64,000 nt of DNA from Balanoglossus misakiensis (taxonomy: Eukaryota; Animalia; Hemichordata): positions 8,468,043 through 8,532,042 of the forward strand of contig CM082593.2 of the NCBI GenBank assembly GCA_040954595.2, in the 5' to 3' direction. Positions within the stretch are counted from its first letter, which is position 1. Each line of letters begins with the position of its first letter. This document shows, one piece after another, positions 23,601 through 35,727 of the stretch. Under the pieces are notes generated by a model, which worked only from the letters and a program-made list of their open reading frames with translations, did not search any database and had not been told where the DNA came from. The position numbers and the translations under genes are program-made.

Positions 23601-26600
23601 CATAAATCAAATAACGGCAATTTATGAATTTCAGATAAAGAAAATCATGGCTGGAGATGACCCAGATGTAATGGAACAGTTAGATAAGGCCTATGAGCAA
23701 CATAAAGCAAGATTAGATGGAGTTGGACACGGCTCTTTGTGGTTCTTACTGAGTTTCCTTTCAGAGGAAGACATTGATTATTTCTGGCAGAAATACAAAG
23801 CTGGAGAAGTTGATGAAATGCTGAGTGGTATCCTAATAACATCCGAGATGAGATCCCTAGCAGAGAAAGCTGGATGTGTTGTCAGAATCAGAATGAAGAT
23901 AGATGAAAAGGAGTATGAGACTGTCAAACACATACTTCATGGTGAGTATTTACATCTGCACAATTTTGATAATGCATCATTCATACTTTTCACATATTCA
24001 TATATGCTTATACAGTATCTACCAATCTGCCTTGAGGGCAGCTATGTATCTGAGCTGCCTCAAATGAGACTTACATTTCCTATACTTACTGAAGTTCCTT
24101 TTCATTAGCTTACTACTCCTGAATTGCATAAAACATTATCAAGATTTAACTGTATACTTGCACTGTTGATAATAATCTGAAATGGTTGTATCACTAAAAA
24201 AAAATTTGATTTGAAAGAAATGTATTCCTGAATGACACTTTAAGAAAGGCCAGCCAAACAATGTGTTTATACGTAATTTGTGTTTTATTACATAGTGTAA
24301 ATAAACTAAAAAAAATACATATTTTTGTTTTTATCAGATATGTCTGCTGTCTACACCATCCCTAAGAAGACCTGGGTGAGGACTGTTGCATGCAATGAAT
24401 GGGAGAGATATGTTTTAGATCATGTAGAAGAGAACAGCCAAGCTAAGTATTTGATACAGCAGTCTAGATTTCATCCAATTGTGGGTGAATTGAGATCGGA
24501 AGAATTTTTTTTTCCTTCTCTTGTGTCTTACTGGTATGAGAATTGTTATACTTTACCATCAACTTTGACAGAGGCAACTGAATATGCAATTAAACATCAT
24601 GTAGAGATGTTCTGTAGGGAACATCAACTTGAGATAGAGAATATCTGGGATGTAGTGCAGGACAGGCTTTGTGAAATTGGGCAACAAGAATTTCTTAAAT
24701 GTCAAAAAGGCACAAAACTGCATCATGGGTTTGAGACCAGTCATGAAGAGAAGTATCTCTTTAATTTGGTAAGAGAGAGTTCACGGCCTAGTTTATTTTT
24801 TGGGGTTAAAAAGAAAAAACGCTGTCACTTCCTGAGTCAGTATATATATTTTTATGCAGTTGCTTTATATGCCAGCAAATCCAAAGACATCTTTCAGAAA
24901 CAACATACAATTGAGATGTTGGTAGAGTTGATGCCAGTCACTTTACATTATGTAGCTGGTATCCTTCATGAGAATGCAACATTCTTCCAAATACTCACAA
25001 ATTATATTAAAAAGAAGTATCCAGTGACCTATGACTGTTTTGCACTACTTGGGTGTTGTCTTTTTGAATCAAAATATCCAGAAATGTTTACAAGCTTTAT
25101 TCAACAGTTATTAAAACCCCAAATATTAGAACTATCAGAATATGATTTAAATAAAGTGTCTTTGCAAAGTTTGCAAGCTGCATCATTCATTATAGAGAAT
25201 ACTTCTGTTATTCAGAATATCAATTTGACAAGTGATAAAGAAAGGGCAGACCTTTCAGAAGAGTTCAACAAACAACTGAATGTAATGATTGAAAATCCAT
25301 CATCAACTGTCAAATTTCAAGTGAAAAACTCAACTGAATTGACTGTGGTCACTAGATATATCACATTCCATCAACTCTTAATGGCTAACACACATAAATC
25401 TGTCAAAGGTCATAGTGAGGTTGGTCTGAGGGATGTGACTATTGAAGCGGTTGATGACAACTTTCAGGTTGTCGGTCATGAAACAGTTCAGGCACTTGTC
25501 AAAGCATTGGGATCACTGCCTCTGTTGAAATCACTCCATTTTAGTGGATTTAAGGAAGCATTTATCACAAAGGCTTTCGAAATGATGCATGAAAATGTGT
25601 CATTAAAAGTAAGGAAGTTGGAGTTGCCACATAATGATTTTGAATACACCTTTATTGACACACTTTTGAGAGCTGTCAAATCTTTTCCATTTCTGAAGGA
25701 TATAGATGTCTCAAACAACAAGTTAGGTTTCCGTGGGTGTGTGGCATTGTTACCATTGGTTGATGAAATCAATGTTCTGTTGGAGAATAATGGAGTGGAA
25801 GAAAGTCTTGAAAGGTTGTTAGAGTGTGAACAGATTGCAAACCAGGTTGGAGATTTCAAATCACATGTGGAGTGTCACTTCAAAACTGTAGGTGACATTT
25901 TCAATTTGCAGAAGAAAGGAAACTGCAGTGTAGAACAAATACATGTTTCAAGGTTATCTTCTGACATTACCAACTTGCTATGTTTAAATTTGGTTTTCTT
26001 CAAGAACTTAAAACATTTAGTTATTACAGAGTCTGGTTTCACTACTGATAATGCTAAAGTTGTTGCTGACAGTTTTGAGCATCTGTTGTCTCTGAGACAT
26101 TTAGACATCAGTTCAAATAACATAGAAGATGATGGCATTGAGTATATGGGTGGGAAACTGAATAGACTGAAGTATCTCACTGATGTTAATTTTAGTAACA
26201 CAGGTATCAGTTTGAGAGGAATAGTTGCTTTGTTGAACATTGTGGAACAGAATCAACAACAAATTGTCAATGTTGCTGGCAATGACATCAGAGGCCTAAA
26301 GTACATCCTACCACTTGTTCCAGAGAAAGTGCAGTCATTCTTCCATAATGTCAATTTTGATGAAGACAGTCTTACTCTAGAGAAATTAATATTCATCAAG
26401 GAAATTGTCAAAGCATGTAAAATTGTGGAAGTAAGTAACCAGTGGAGTCAGACTGAATTTGAAGACTTCTGCGATGGGTTGAATATTCTTTCATTTGTGC
26501 AAACTCTGAAACTTATTGGTTGTCAGTTTGGAGATGTTGGTGCAGAAAGTTTAAGTAGAGGGATGGAGAATATGAATGAGCTGGAACGCCTTGATCTTAG

Positions 26601-28677
26601 TCATAATAACATTGGAGATGTTGGTGCAGAGAGTTTAAGTAGAGGGATGGGGAATATGACTGGGCTGTGGCACCTGGATCTTAGTCATAATAACATTGGA
26701 GATGTTGGTGCAGAGATTTTAAGTAAAGGGATGGGGAATATGACTGAGCTGATACACCTTGATCTTAGTCATAATAACATTGGAGATGTTGGTGCAGAGA
26801 TTTTAAGTAAAGGGATGGGGAATATGACTGAGCTGATACACCTGGATCTTAGTCATAATAACATTGGAGATGTTGGTGCAGAGAGTTTAAGTAGAGGGAT
26901 GGAGAATATGACTAGGCTGGAATACCTGTATCTTAGTCATAATAACATTGGAGATGTTGGTGCTGAGAGTTTAAGTAGAGGGATGGGGAATATGACTGGG
27001 CTGGAACGCCTTGATCTTAGTCATAATAACATTGGAGATGTTGGTGCAGAGATTTTAAGTAAAGGGATGGGGAATATGACTGAGCTGATACACCTGGATC
27101 TTAGTCATACTAACATTGGAGATATTGGTGCAAAGAGTTTAAGTAGAGGGATGAAGAAAATGATTGGGCTGAGACACCTGGATCTTAGTCATAATAACTT
27201 TGGAGATATTGGTGCAGAGAGTTTAAGTAAAGGGATTGAGAATATGACTGGGCTGGAACGCCTGGATCTTAGTCATAACAACATTGGAGATGTTGGTGCA
27301 GAGAGTTTAAGTAAAGGGATGGGGAATATGACTTGGCTGGAACGCCTGGATCTTAGTCATAATAACATTGGAGATGTTGGTGCAGAGATTTTAAGTAAAG
27401 GCATTGAGTATATGCCTTGGCTGGAACACCTGAATCTTAGTCATAATAACATTGGAGATGTTGGTGCAGAGAGATTAAGTAAAGGGATGGGGAATATGAC
27501 TGCAAAGCTGAGACACCTGGATCTTAGTCATAATAACTTTGGAGATGTTGGTGCAGAGAGTTTAAGTAGAGGGACAGAGAATATGACTAGGCTGAGACAC
27601 CTGAATCTTAGTCATAATAACTTTGGAGATGTTGGTGCAGAGAGTTTAAGTAAAGGGATGGGGAATATGACTGTGCTGGGACACCTGAATCTTAGTCATA
27701 ATAACTTTGGAGATGTTGGTGCAGAGAGTTTAAGTAAAGGAATGGGGAATATGCCTTGGCTGGAACACCTGAATCTTAGTCATAATAACATTGGAGATGT
27801 TGGTGCAGAGAGTTTAAGTAAAGGGATGGGGAATATGACTGCAGAGCTGAGACACCTGGATCTTAGTCATAATAACATTGGAGATGTTGGTGCAGAGAGT
27901 TTAAGTAGAGGGATGAAGAAAATGATTGGGCTGAGACACCTGGATCTTAGTCATAATAACATTGGAGATGTTGGTGCAAAGAGTTTAAGTAGAGGGATGA
28001 AGAAAATGATTGGGCTGAGACACCTGGATCTTAGTCATAATAACATTGGAGATGTTGGTGCAAAGATTTTAAGTAAAGGAATGGGGAATATGACCGTGCT
28101 GAGACACCTTGATCTTAGTCATAATAACATTGGAGATGTTGGTGCAGAGAGTTTAAGTAGAGGGATGAAGAAAATGATTGGGCTGAGACACCTGGATCTT
28201 AGTCATAATAACATTGGAGATGTTGGTGCAGAGAGTTTAAGTAGAGGGATGAAGAAAATGATTGGGCTGAGACACCTGGATCTTAGTCATAATAACATTG
28301 GAGATGTTGGTGCAAAGAGTTTAAGTAGAGGGATGAAGAAAATGATTGGGCTGAGACACCTGGATCTTAGTCATAATAACATTGGAGATGTTGGTGCAAA
28401 GATTTTAAGTAAAGGAATGGGGAATATGACCGTGCTGAGACACCTTGATCTTAGTCATAATAACATAGGAGATGTTGGTGTTGATATTTTCAGCAAAGTA
28501 TTATCCAAACTGCAAAGCTCAAAGCATCTTGACTTGAGTTATAATAACATTACAGACAGTGGTGTGATTAACTTACAATCTGTTGTTGATTCTTTACAAA
28601 GATCACCTTATATTGATTTAAGTCACAATGATATTCGTGATATGCCAGAACATTTTGATGAAAAGAATATTGTTTAA
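17656..28677 (+). CDS. NLR-like protein, ~2718 aa: DED / 19-aa repeats / GT-B (GT4-like) / coiled coil / TRADD-N-like / NACHT remnant / LRR
   Basis: Exons 17656-17758, 18340-19680, 20122 (or 20131)-20337, 20620-21828, 22016-22132, 22320-22436, 22776-22868, 23321-23941, 24338-28677. All introns are GT-AG and phase 1, and the joined length of 8157 nt is open. DED pattern FRVYLLHLAQNI..LF..L...GHLS.D..L..LL. GT4-like VFSVGP and EPF....L..IAAGLPVLV. TRADD-N-like GSLWFLL....FWQKYKAGEVDEML...IDEKEY. RI-type LRRs at the C-terminus. Confidence 0.85.
18660..19565 (+). repeat. Coding 57-bp (19-aa) minisatellite TSAGPQLPSTSFQTFPT(K/E)R
   Basis: About 13 near-identical units, punctuated by three copies of an ADSQKQISDRSGESLPT block. 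Confidence 0.95.
26527..28485 (+). repeat. Coding 84-bp LRR tandem array (23 near-identical 28-aa repeats; two are 29 aa)
   Basis: LxxLxLSHNNIGDVGAxxLSxGMxxMx repeated within a single exon. Confidence 0.97.
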
Positions 28678-29206
28678 ACTGTAGAAGCAGATTATGTTTC
28701 TGACCCATTGAGAGGTATTGATGAAACTTTTGGCAGCACAAGTTCTTGGTCGGTATTCAGTTGACGCAGAAGTATTCACAGTGATGTATATAGCAGTGCT
28801 GGTAGTTCTCGCAGTTCATGTAGTTCTCGTGGTGAAGAGTCATAGTTTTCAATTGTTTAGTAAAAGTGAAAAATGGCCATGCTATGATGCTGTGTGCAGT
28901 TTGATATCAGTATTTTGGTTGTGACATTGAATTATTTTCCCACTTGCACCCCTTAATATTATCGTCTTGCTGGAAAGGTGGGGGATGGAGGGTTGTCATC
29001 TATTTCTTTTCTTTTTGTGTGTGTGATGCATGACTTATAGTCAGTCTGAGTGGGGTGGGACTTCCTTATACCGTTTCTGGAGATCGCCCTAGTTCTTTTC
29101 AGTGGCTAGCGATGAGTAGCTGTGTTATTCTGAGTTCCGATGGTGGTGTTGTTTGGTGTTGTATATAGGGACCCTACTTGATACTCATATCATAGATCAT
29201 CATCAT

Positions 29207-30322
29207 GTTAGTATCTTGCAATTTCTTTTTCACTCAACATATCCCAACATACATATTTTTGCAGTCACATTCTACAGTACTTGTGTCAGCTTGTTTGAAC
29301 TACAATTTTCCTGACTGACCGCCTTTTATATTCACTTTAAAAACTAGTGACGATATCCAAATAAGTTTAATTCACTTAAGAAATCAGATGCTCTAAACAT
29401 TGCACCTGTCTGTGGAAAATGTAGCTTTACGGATAATTGTTGAGAGCTTATTGAAGATAGTGAGTGTTGCTTCTTATATTTATTGAATTTTGACATTTTG
29501 GCATATCACGAGAACTGAATGAACCAAATTTGATATATCCTTTTATTTTTTTATGCTTATTGTTTGTAATACATTTTTGTTTACATATAGCAGTACATTT
29601 TAATTGTATATTCTTTTCATAACCTAAACTGCATGATATGAGATCTATGATTTTATATATGTTGTTTATTTTTGTTTTAGATTTATTATTAAAAATTTAT
29701 TTTTATTAGTTTTACATAGAGTAGTAAATTTACGTCATTATTAATTCTTTGTATAAAATACATGATTTTGTTCAAAGCATATTATATCTTTGACACTTAA
29801 GTTTTAATTTGTGCTTTTTATTTTTGTTATATGTTTATTATTGAAAGTTTTTTTGTTTATTATTATATACAGCAATAAATATTCATTATTTTTACATTAT
29901 TTGTTTAGTCTATTAAATATGTGAAATAATTGTTTGAATGAAAGCCGACACAGTGTACTGGAGTTTGAGCAGAATATCCAACTCACTGCAGAGAATTTAC
30001 CAACTCAGCTCGTTACAAGCAAGCTCACTCCATATTAACCCCTACACAAACAGATCCACATAAACACATCATGAAAGAGATGATGCCAAAGTCAACAAAA
30101 ACTTCTGACTTGGTCAGGTTTAACACATAAGCCGAGCAAATCATTCGAATCTGAAATGCTCGCCATAAACCATTCAGAATCAAGTATACTGACTTAAAAT
30201 CTGTCAAAGCTATAATGTCTGTGCCGTTGAGATTGAAAACTTGAATTTATTGTCCAAATCACATCCCCCACTCTCTCAGTGAGTTGGGAATCCCTTCTGA
30301 TTAGCGCCCTCATGTGGTCATA
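29207..30322 (+). repeat. Direct repeat R2 downstream of the NLR-like gene
   Basis: Aligns to 15018-16200 and ends in the same tagcgccctcatgtggtcata block. Confidence 0.92.
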
Positions 30323-30327
30323 AGATT

Positions 30328-30598
30328 TTTCATATGAAGGGTATTTACCTTTCATATGAAGCGTGTGAAGGGTATTTACCTTTCATATGAAGCGTGTGAA
30401 GGCTATTTACCTTTCATATGAAGCGTGTGAAGGCTATTTACCTTTCATATGAAGCGTGTGAAGGCTATTTACCTTTCATATGAAGCATGTGAAGGCTATT
30501 TACCTTTCATATGAAGCGTGTGAAGCTATTTACCTTTCATATGAAGCATGTGAAGGCTATTTACCTTTCATATGAAGCTTATTTACCTTTCAGATATG
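30328..30598. repeat. 31-bp minisatellite (tttcatatgaagcgtgtgaaggctatttacc)
   Basis: About 7 full units plus partial units, directly after R2. Confidence 0.95.
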
Positions 30599-33302
30599 AC
30601 AGTTTTTTTCAGTCACTATTGTTTCCTCCAAAATCTTTGATTCTCCTAAGAAATCTACTGGTTTCTCTCTCATCCATAAACAATTCCAAGACAAAAGTAT
30701 GTCTGACAGAAATTAAACTTTATTTCCAGGAATGATATTGCTTACACTTTGTTTCATAATTTCTCTCTTCACAACTTCATATATTAGACGTACATTTGAA
30801 ATTCATATTTACAAAATAAACAGTCTTTGCCTTAATCTAATATCCCCAAAGCTATTTGTTTTTCTTTTTTTTTAAAAGATGTACTGGTAATATGACATTC
30901 TTGGTAAGTAAAATGTACAAAAGAAACCACAATGTATGTATGAAGGGAAAAAACATTACTTTGGACAAAAATCACTTTGCCATGGACATACCTGTGTTAG
31001 TGACCACCTCTATATAGTGGCCACTTTGTTACAGTCCCTGTGCAATTAACATGTACATTAATTGACCTGTCTATACAGGCCAGTTTAGGAAAGTCCCTTG
31101 ACTGACCACTATAGACAGGTCTGACTGTACATGTATATCAGCAGATAACCAAAAATACAAATTTGACATTCTAAGGATACCACTACCGAAGAATATTTTC
31201 AAACCTAGCTTTCATGTTTTTACATTTTCAATAATCTCTAAGAAAGTTGTAAATTCTCCATTGTAGTGCTTGGTACAGGAAAGCAGCCAGTCAGAAGTGA
31301 GGTATGTATTGTGAAATATTACAAGTCAGTGATATGCAATGTGATATAAAAATACACTTATACCATTGTACAGAAACTAGATGTTACAATATTACCAAGG
31401 GTAGGATCCATCCTGGAATTGACAGTATTATTCTGTATTTACATGTATTTTTCATATCTGAAACGTATTTCCAGCATAGTGTTGTCACAATATAAAGCAT
31501 ATCACAGGTTACAAGTTCCAAAGATCTAGTATTAACAACCAAGGCAGGCGTGGCATGGTTAGATTCAACATCAGGTGATGGAATTCTCACAAACTTAAAT
31601 AGGTTTGAGCTCCCTATGGTCGACAGAATTTCAAGATGGTGGATTCCAGAATTGGGAAGGAGGTGAGTTTTGTTTGTCGGTGAAAATGATAACAGGCAAA
31701 GTACATGATTATTTGTGTTAACTATCGCTGAAAATCGACAGTCTTGATGCGATCTTGAGTTGCGCACAGATGTCAATTTAATGTGGTCAAAGAAATAAAC
31801 AGGATGAAAAACATAATGGAAATTTTAGTTTGCTTTTCACAACTTCAGAGTTACCACAGTTAGAAAGACAAAGGAATCTTAACAGGCGACTGCAAGAGGG
31901 CGCATGACCCCCACCATCTAAGTTTTTTTTTAAACTAGATGTATGCATCTTAAACTATTTACAATATGCACACCCTGTATGGAATGACCATAGACCCTAG
32001 AGAAAGACATACTGATCTTCACAGCATGCTTTGAGCTTCATTTTTCTGGAAATCTGCCTCCGAGGGGTGCACTACCTTAACAACCCATTTCGCCAAGTGG
32101 TTTGGTCCAACTCTGCTGTTCTTTATGGCAATGATGGACCTCTGAACAGCGAAAGGGGAGGGAGATACTTAAAAATCATCCCATGGTTCTCCTAAAATCT
32201 TACAGAAATAGTTAAAAGTAAAGAAAATAAATCTCTTCTCATTTTAAAGCATATTCGAAAAACAGCACATACATTTTCCAAACAGACCTCAAATAAGAGT
32301 CAAAGGAAGTTTTTTCCACAGAAATGAAAAGATTTTAAATTTAAAACATTACCATAAAACTAAAGATGTGAATGATTTTAGTCTTATTCTGCCAATAACA
32401 TCTACTATTCTCAGAGAGATTTTTTTTCAGTGAGATGTCTGAATTTTAATTTTTTTGTCAAAGTAGAAGTACCAACGTTTTTAAAGAGTAGTACTGTATA
32501 ATAAAACTGAGAAAAATTATTCAAGATGACAGGTGAATCTGATTGGCTAATTCACAGTCACATGACAAAGGGGCACATAATTTCTGTGAAGCCTGACACA
32601 CAAGTTAACTGACCCGTTTGAAGTCTTGAAATAAAGCAAAATTAAATTTGCAATGACAAAATCATCCATGATAATCACTTGCTGATTGTAGGTTACATCC
32701 ACAGCTGATCAGAACGAACTATCCAATGGCTGTGGGTCCTGGAAGTTACGTGACCACAGAATTCCCCAATCTGGGCACCCGAGGCAAATCAGCTGACCAT
32801 CCACCAATCACACACCGGTTTCTAAAATTTCTAACCAATCACCAATCCACATAACTGGGGATTTTCCATCAGGGCTGAATCCTGCACAAAAGAATTCCTT
32901 CTTGCCAAATCTTCACATGATTCAATGCAGCATGTTCTTTTTTAAAAAACAAATACTATTTATCAAAAAAGATGTTTCAATTTCTCACTAAACGGGAAAG
33001 CTGCTCGGACAATGCTAGTGGAACTGTAGTTTATATGCTTTGATTTCCATCGGTTCTATATAAAGTGCACTAGGCAGTTCAATTTTTCCCTTCTCGTACA
33101 TCATTGTTAATGCCGTCGCTGTAGCTTCTTCAATTTGAATATTTACATCTGTAAATAATTCCCCTAGAGTCACCTGCAATATACAAAGAATACAAAGCAT
33201 AAATTTTATTGACACTGAAGAAAATACTGAATCCAGCAGAAGAAAATTGCAGCCTTGCCATAGAAAACAATGGGTTTGGACTGGACCATAGTTATGAAAG
33301 GG

Positions 33303-33777
33303 TTAAAGGGACAATGTCTCTCTCTGGCTGCCCTTTTTCCATTAATTATGTTTGATACACGACACCCTTTATGTTAATGTACATGTGTATATGTAGTGAA
33401 AGAACATTCAATCACACACAACTTCCATCCCGTTTGTAGGATATGAGAGTAAAAATCTCGCCAAAGTGAATAAACGGTAGAGACTAATTATTCATTTTAG
33501 CAAGCTTTTTCACTCTCGTGTCTACAGGCTAGATGGAAGGTGTGTGTGGTTGAACGTTGATTCACTACATATCCACATATCCATTAACATAAAAGATGTC
33601 TTGTGTCAAACTTAATTAATGGAAAAAGGGCAGCGAGAGAGAGACTTTGTCCTGGGAGTTGTGTGTGGTCGAACGTTGATTCACTACATATCCACATGTA
33701 CATTAACATTAAAAGTGTCTTGTGTCAAACTTAATTAATGGGAAAAGGGCAGCGAGAGAGAGACTTTGTCCCTTTAA
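33303..33777. mobile_element. MITE family A copy with duplicated right arm
   Basis: ttaaagggacaatgtc...gactttgtccctttaa. The last ~120 bp occur twice. Confidence 0.85.
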
Positions 33778-34240
33778 ATGTAGACTTACTTGTCCCTGAT
33801 TTGTAGAACACGTCAGAGTTGTTGCTGGATATTTACAATCGAATCCTTGACGATGCAGCAATAAAAGAGCGCCCTCTCCAGGCACAGACTCGCCTTCTCT
33901 CATATTGTGCAGATATCGTAGATTCAGCACGTGTAGGTCGCACGATAAATCCTGCGTTAGCGGTTTAAATTTGTTGACGATGTCCGCGTCAGTCACCGTT
34001 GGTAGCGTTATCAGCGGGTGGTTGAGTGTCTGGCTCACTGTGTTACTGAGGAGCGAGGGGTATCCTGTGGGAAGTGTTGACGTCTGCCAAATAAGGAAAC
34101 AAACTCATTAGTATTCATGTAACTGGGGGTATTAGCTCGCTCGGATTGGTTCAGGGTGATCATGTGATCACACTTGCATACTTCATGCCATTGGTTCAGG
34201 GTGATCATGTGATTGCATTTTCATACTTCATGCATTGGTT

Positions 34241-34667
34241 TAGTCTCGGTTACCCAGAGCCCTCTGCTTCTTCCGTTAGGCACTCCAGAAAGAGGGTCTG
34301 GGGAAACCCGGTAGACAAATCGCCAGGCGGAATCGGGACAGCTGCGATGCATGACGGGGAGATTAATATTCCAAAATGGCGACGTCCTGTGCGCGAACCC
34401 ACGGCCGACATGTATGACATACGATAAAGAAAACATGCTGAGAAGTGCTAGACCTGCTAAAACTGTATACAAATTGAAAAGAGAGAGAGAAGTTTGGTAA
34501 ATAGTTTTCTAATATCGTCATATCATAATATCGTATCGAATATTAATCTCCCGTCATGCATCGCAGCTGTCCCGATTCCGCCTGGTGATTTGTCTACCGG
34601 GTTTCCCCATACCCTCTTTCTGGAGTGCCTAACGGAAGAAGCAGAGGGCTCTGGGTAACCGAGACTA
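34241..34667. mobile_element. TAG...CTA MITE with 9-bp TSD (non-autonomous AcademH-like)
   Basis: TIRs of ~128 bp (tagtctcggttacccagagccctctgc...). TSD gcattggtt at 34232-34240 and 34668-34676. Confidence 0.92.
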
Positions 34668-34689
34668 GCATTGGTTCACATTTGTATAC

Positions 34690-34989
34690 TTAAAGCAGGT
34701 AGCTCGTCTCACGCGCATGCGCGTAATTTCCCAGCAAATTTTCTGTTCAATGCATTCAAATAGTGGACTGCCTTCGCTTCCTTCCATATTTCATGCGCAC
34801 TGTATAAGTAGATTCTGGTTTTGTCCCTCCCTTTCACCCTTTCACCCAAACTGGTGTCTTTTCCTGATCTCAGATTATGATCGCTGCCATCTTCTCAGAG
34901 CACTGCCTTATGGGATTGACTGTATACTAAACGTCTGTAACCAGCGGCTACAGTTGGAACATGCGTGTGAGACGAGCTACACGCTTTAA
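34690..34989. mobile_element. TTAA-flanked MITE
   Basis: ttaaagcaggtagctcgtctcacgcgcatg...catgcgtgtgagacgagctacacgctttaa. Confidence 0.75.
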
Positions 34990-35636
34990 TGCAGGGTTGA
35001 AAAGGATTGGTTCAGATATGATCAGCTTTTCCCTTTATACACACGTAGTATGGATTTCCTTCTTAATTGAAATGATCTTTTGACTTACTGTTTTTTCAGC
35101 ATCTGCATTTCTTCTTTCAAGTAGAAGTCTGAATACATTTGGTGTTCTTTTACTCTGTTATCATCTTGTTCTAGTTTTCTGTCCAGGAATACATCCAACC
35201 AACCTAAACATGGAGGAAGGAAGGAAGGAAGGAAGAACGAAAGAAAGAAAAATATGGCATTATAATATCAGAATATGCGACTTCACACTGGTGCCACGTT
35301 ATAACAAACAAGTTTCAAGACGAGTTTATTACAGAAAGCAAATCGTTCTTCACACAAAACAAGACAATGGTGGTAAGTGATAGTTTTACTAAGAAAAGCT
35401 ATTTTGATATTCAGTATGACTTCTGGCTTGCAAGCTAGCTGCTCGGAGTGGCTGATGTCTATGTAATGCAAAAGCTATTTTGATAATTGGTTTGATTTGC
35501 CAACTTTCAAGCTAGCTACACACAGTAGCTGAGCTCTATGTAACACAAATGCTATTTTGATAAAATGACTTACCAACTTGCAAACCAGCTACACCAAGTG
35601 ACTGTGCTGTATGCGATGTAAATCTTGACGTCTGGT

Positions 35637-35727
35637 TGTAGGATATTAGAGTACTTCAATAAACCAAAGGAACCATTCATATATATACAACTACGCTCGT
35701 CTGGATTATCTATTGAAGAGTGTAACA
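35637..35727. mobile_element. 91-bp TGT...ACA insertion with 4-bp TSD (solo-LTR-like or Ginger-like)
   Basis: tggt flanks at 35633-35636 and 35728-35731, with an internal aataaa. Removing it restores the mannosidase frame (IQDQTSRFT). Confidence 0.75.

Noticed and set aside
15018-30322. R1/R2 as LTRs of a retroelement carrying the NLR-like gene
   Set aside because: No TG...CA ends, PBS/PPT, TSD or gag/pol were found, and the enclosed gene has introns.
30328-30598. 31-bp repeat array as a CRISPR-like locus
   Set aside because: The units are head-to-tail with no unique spacers, no cas genes are present, and the context is eukaryotic.
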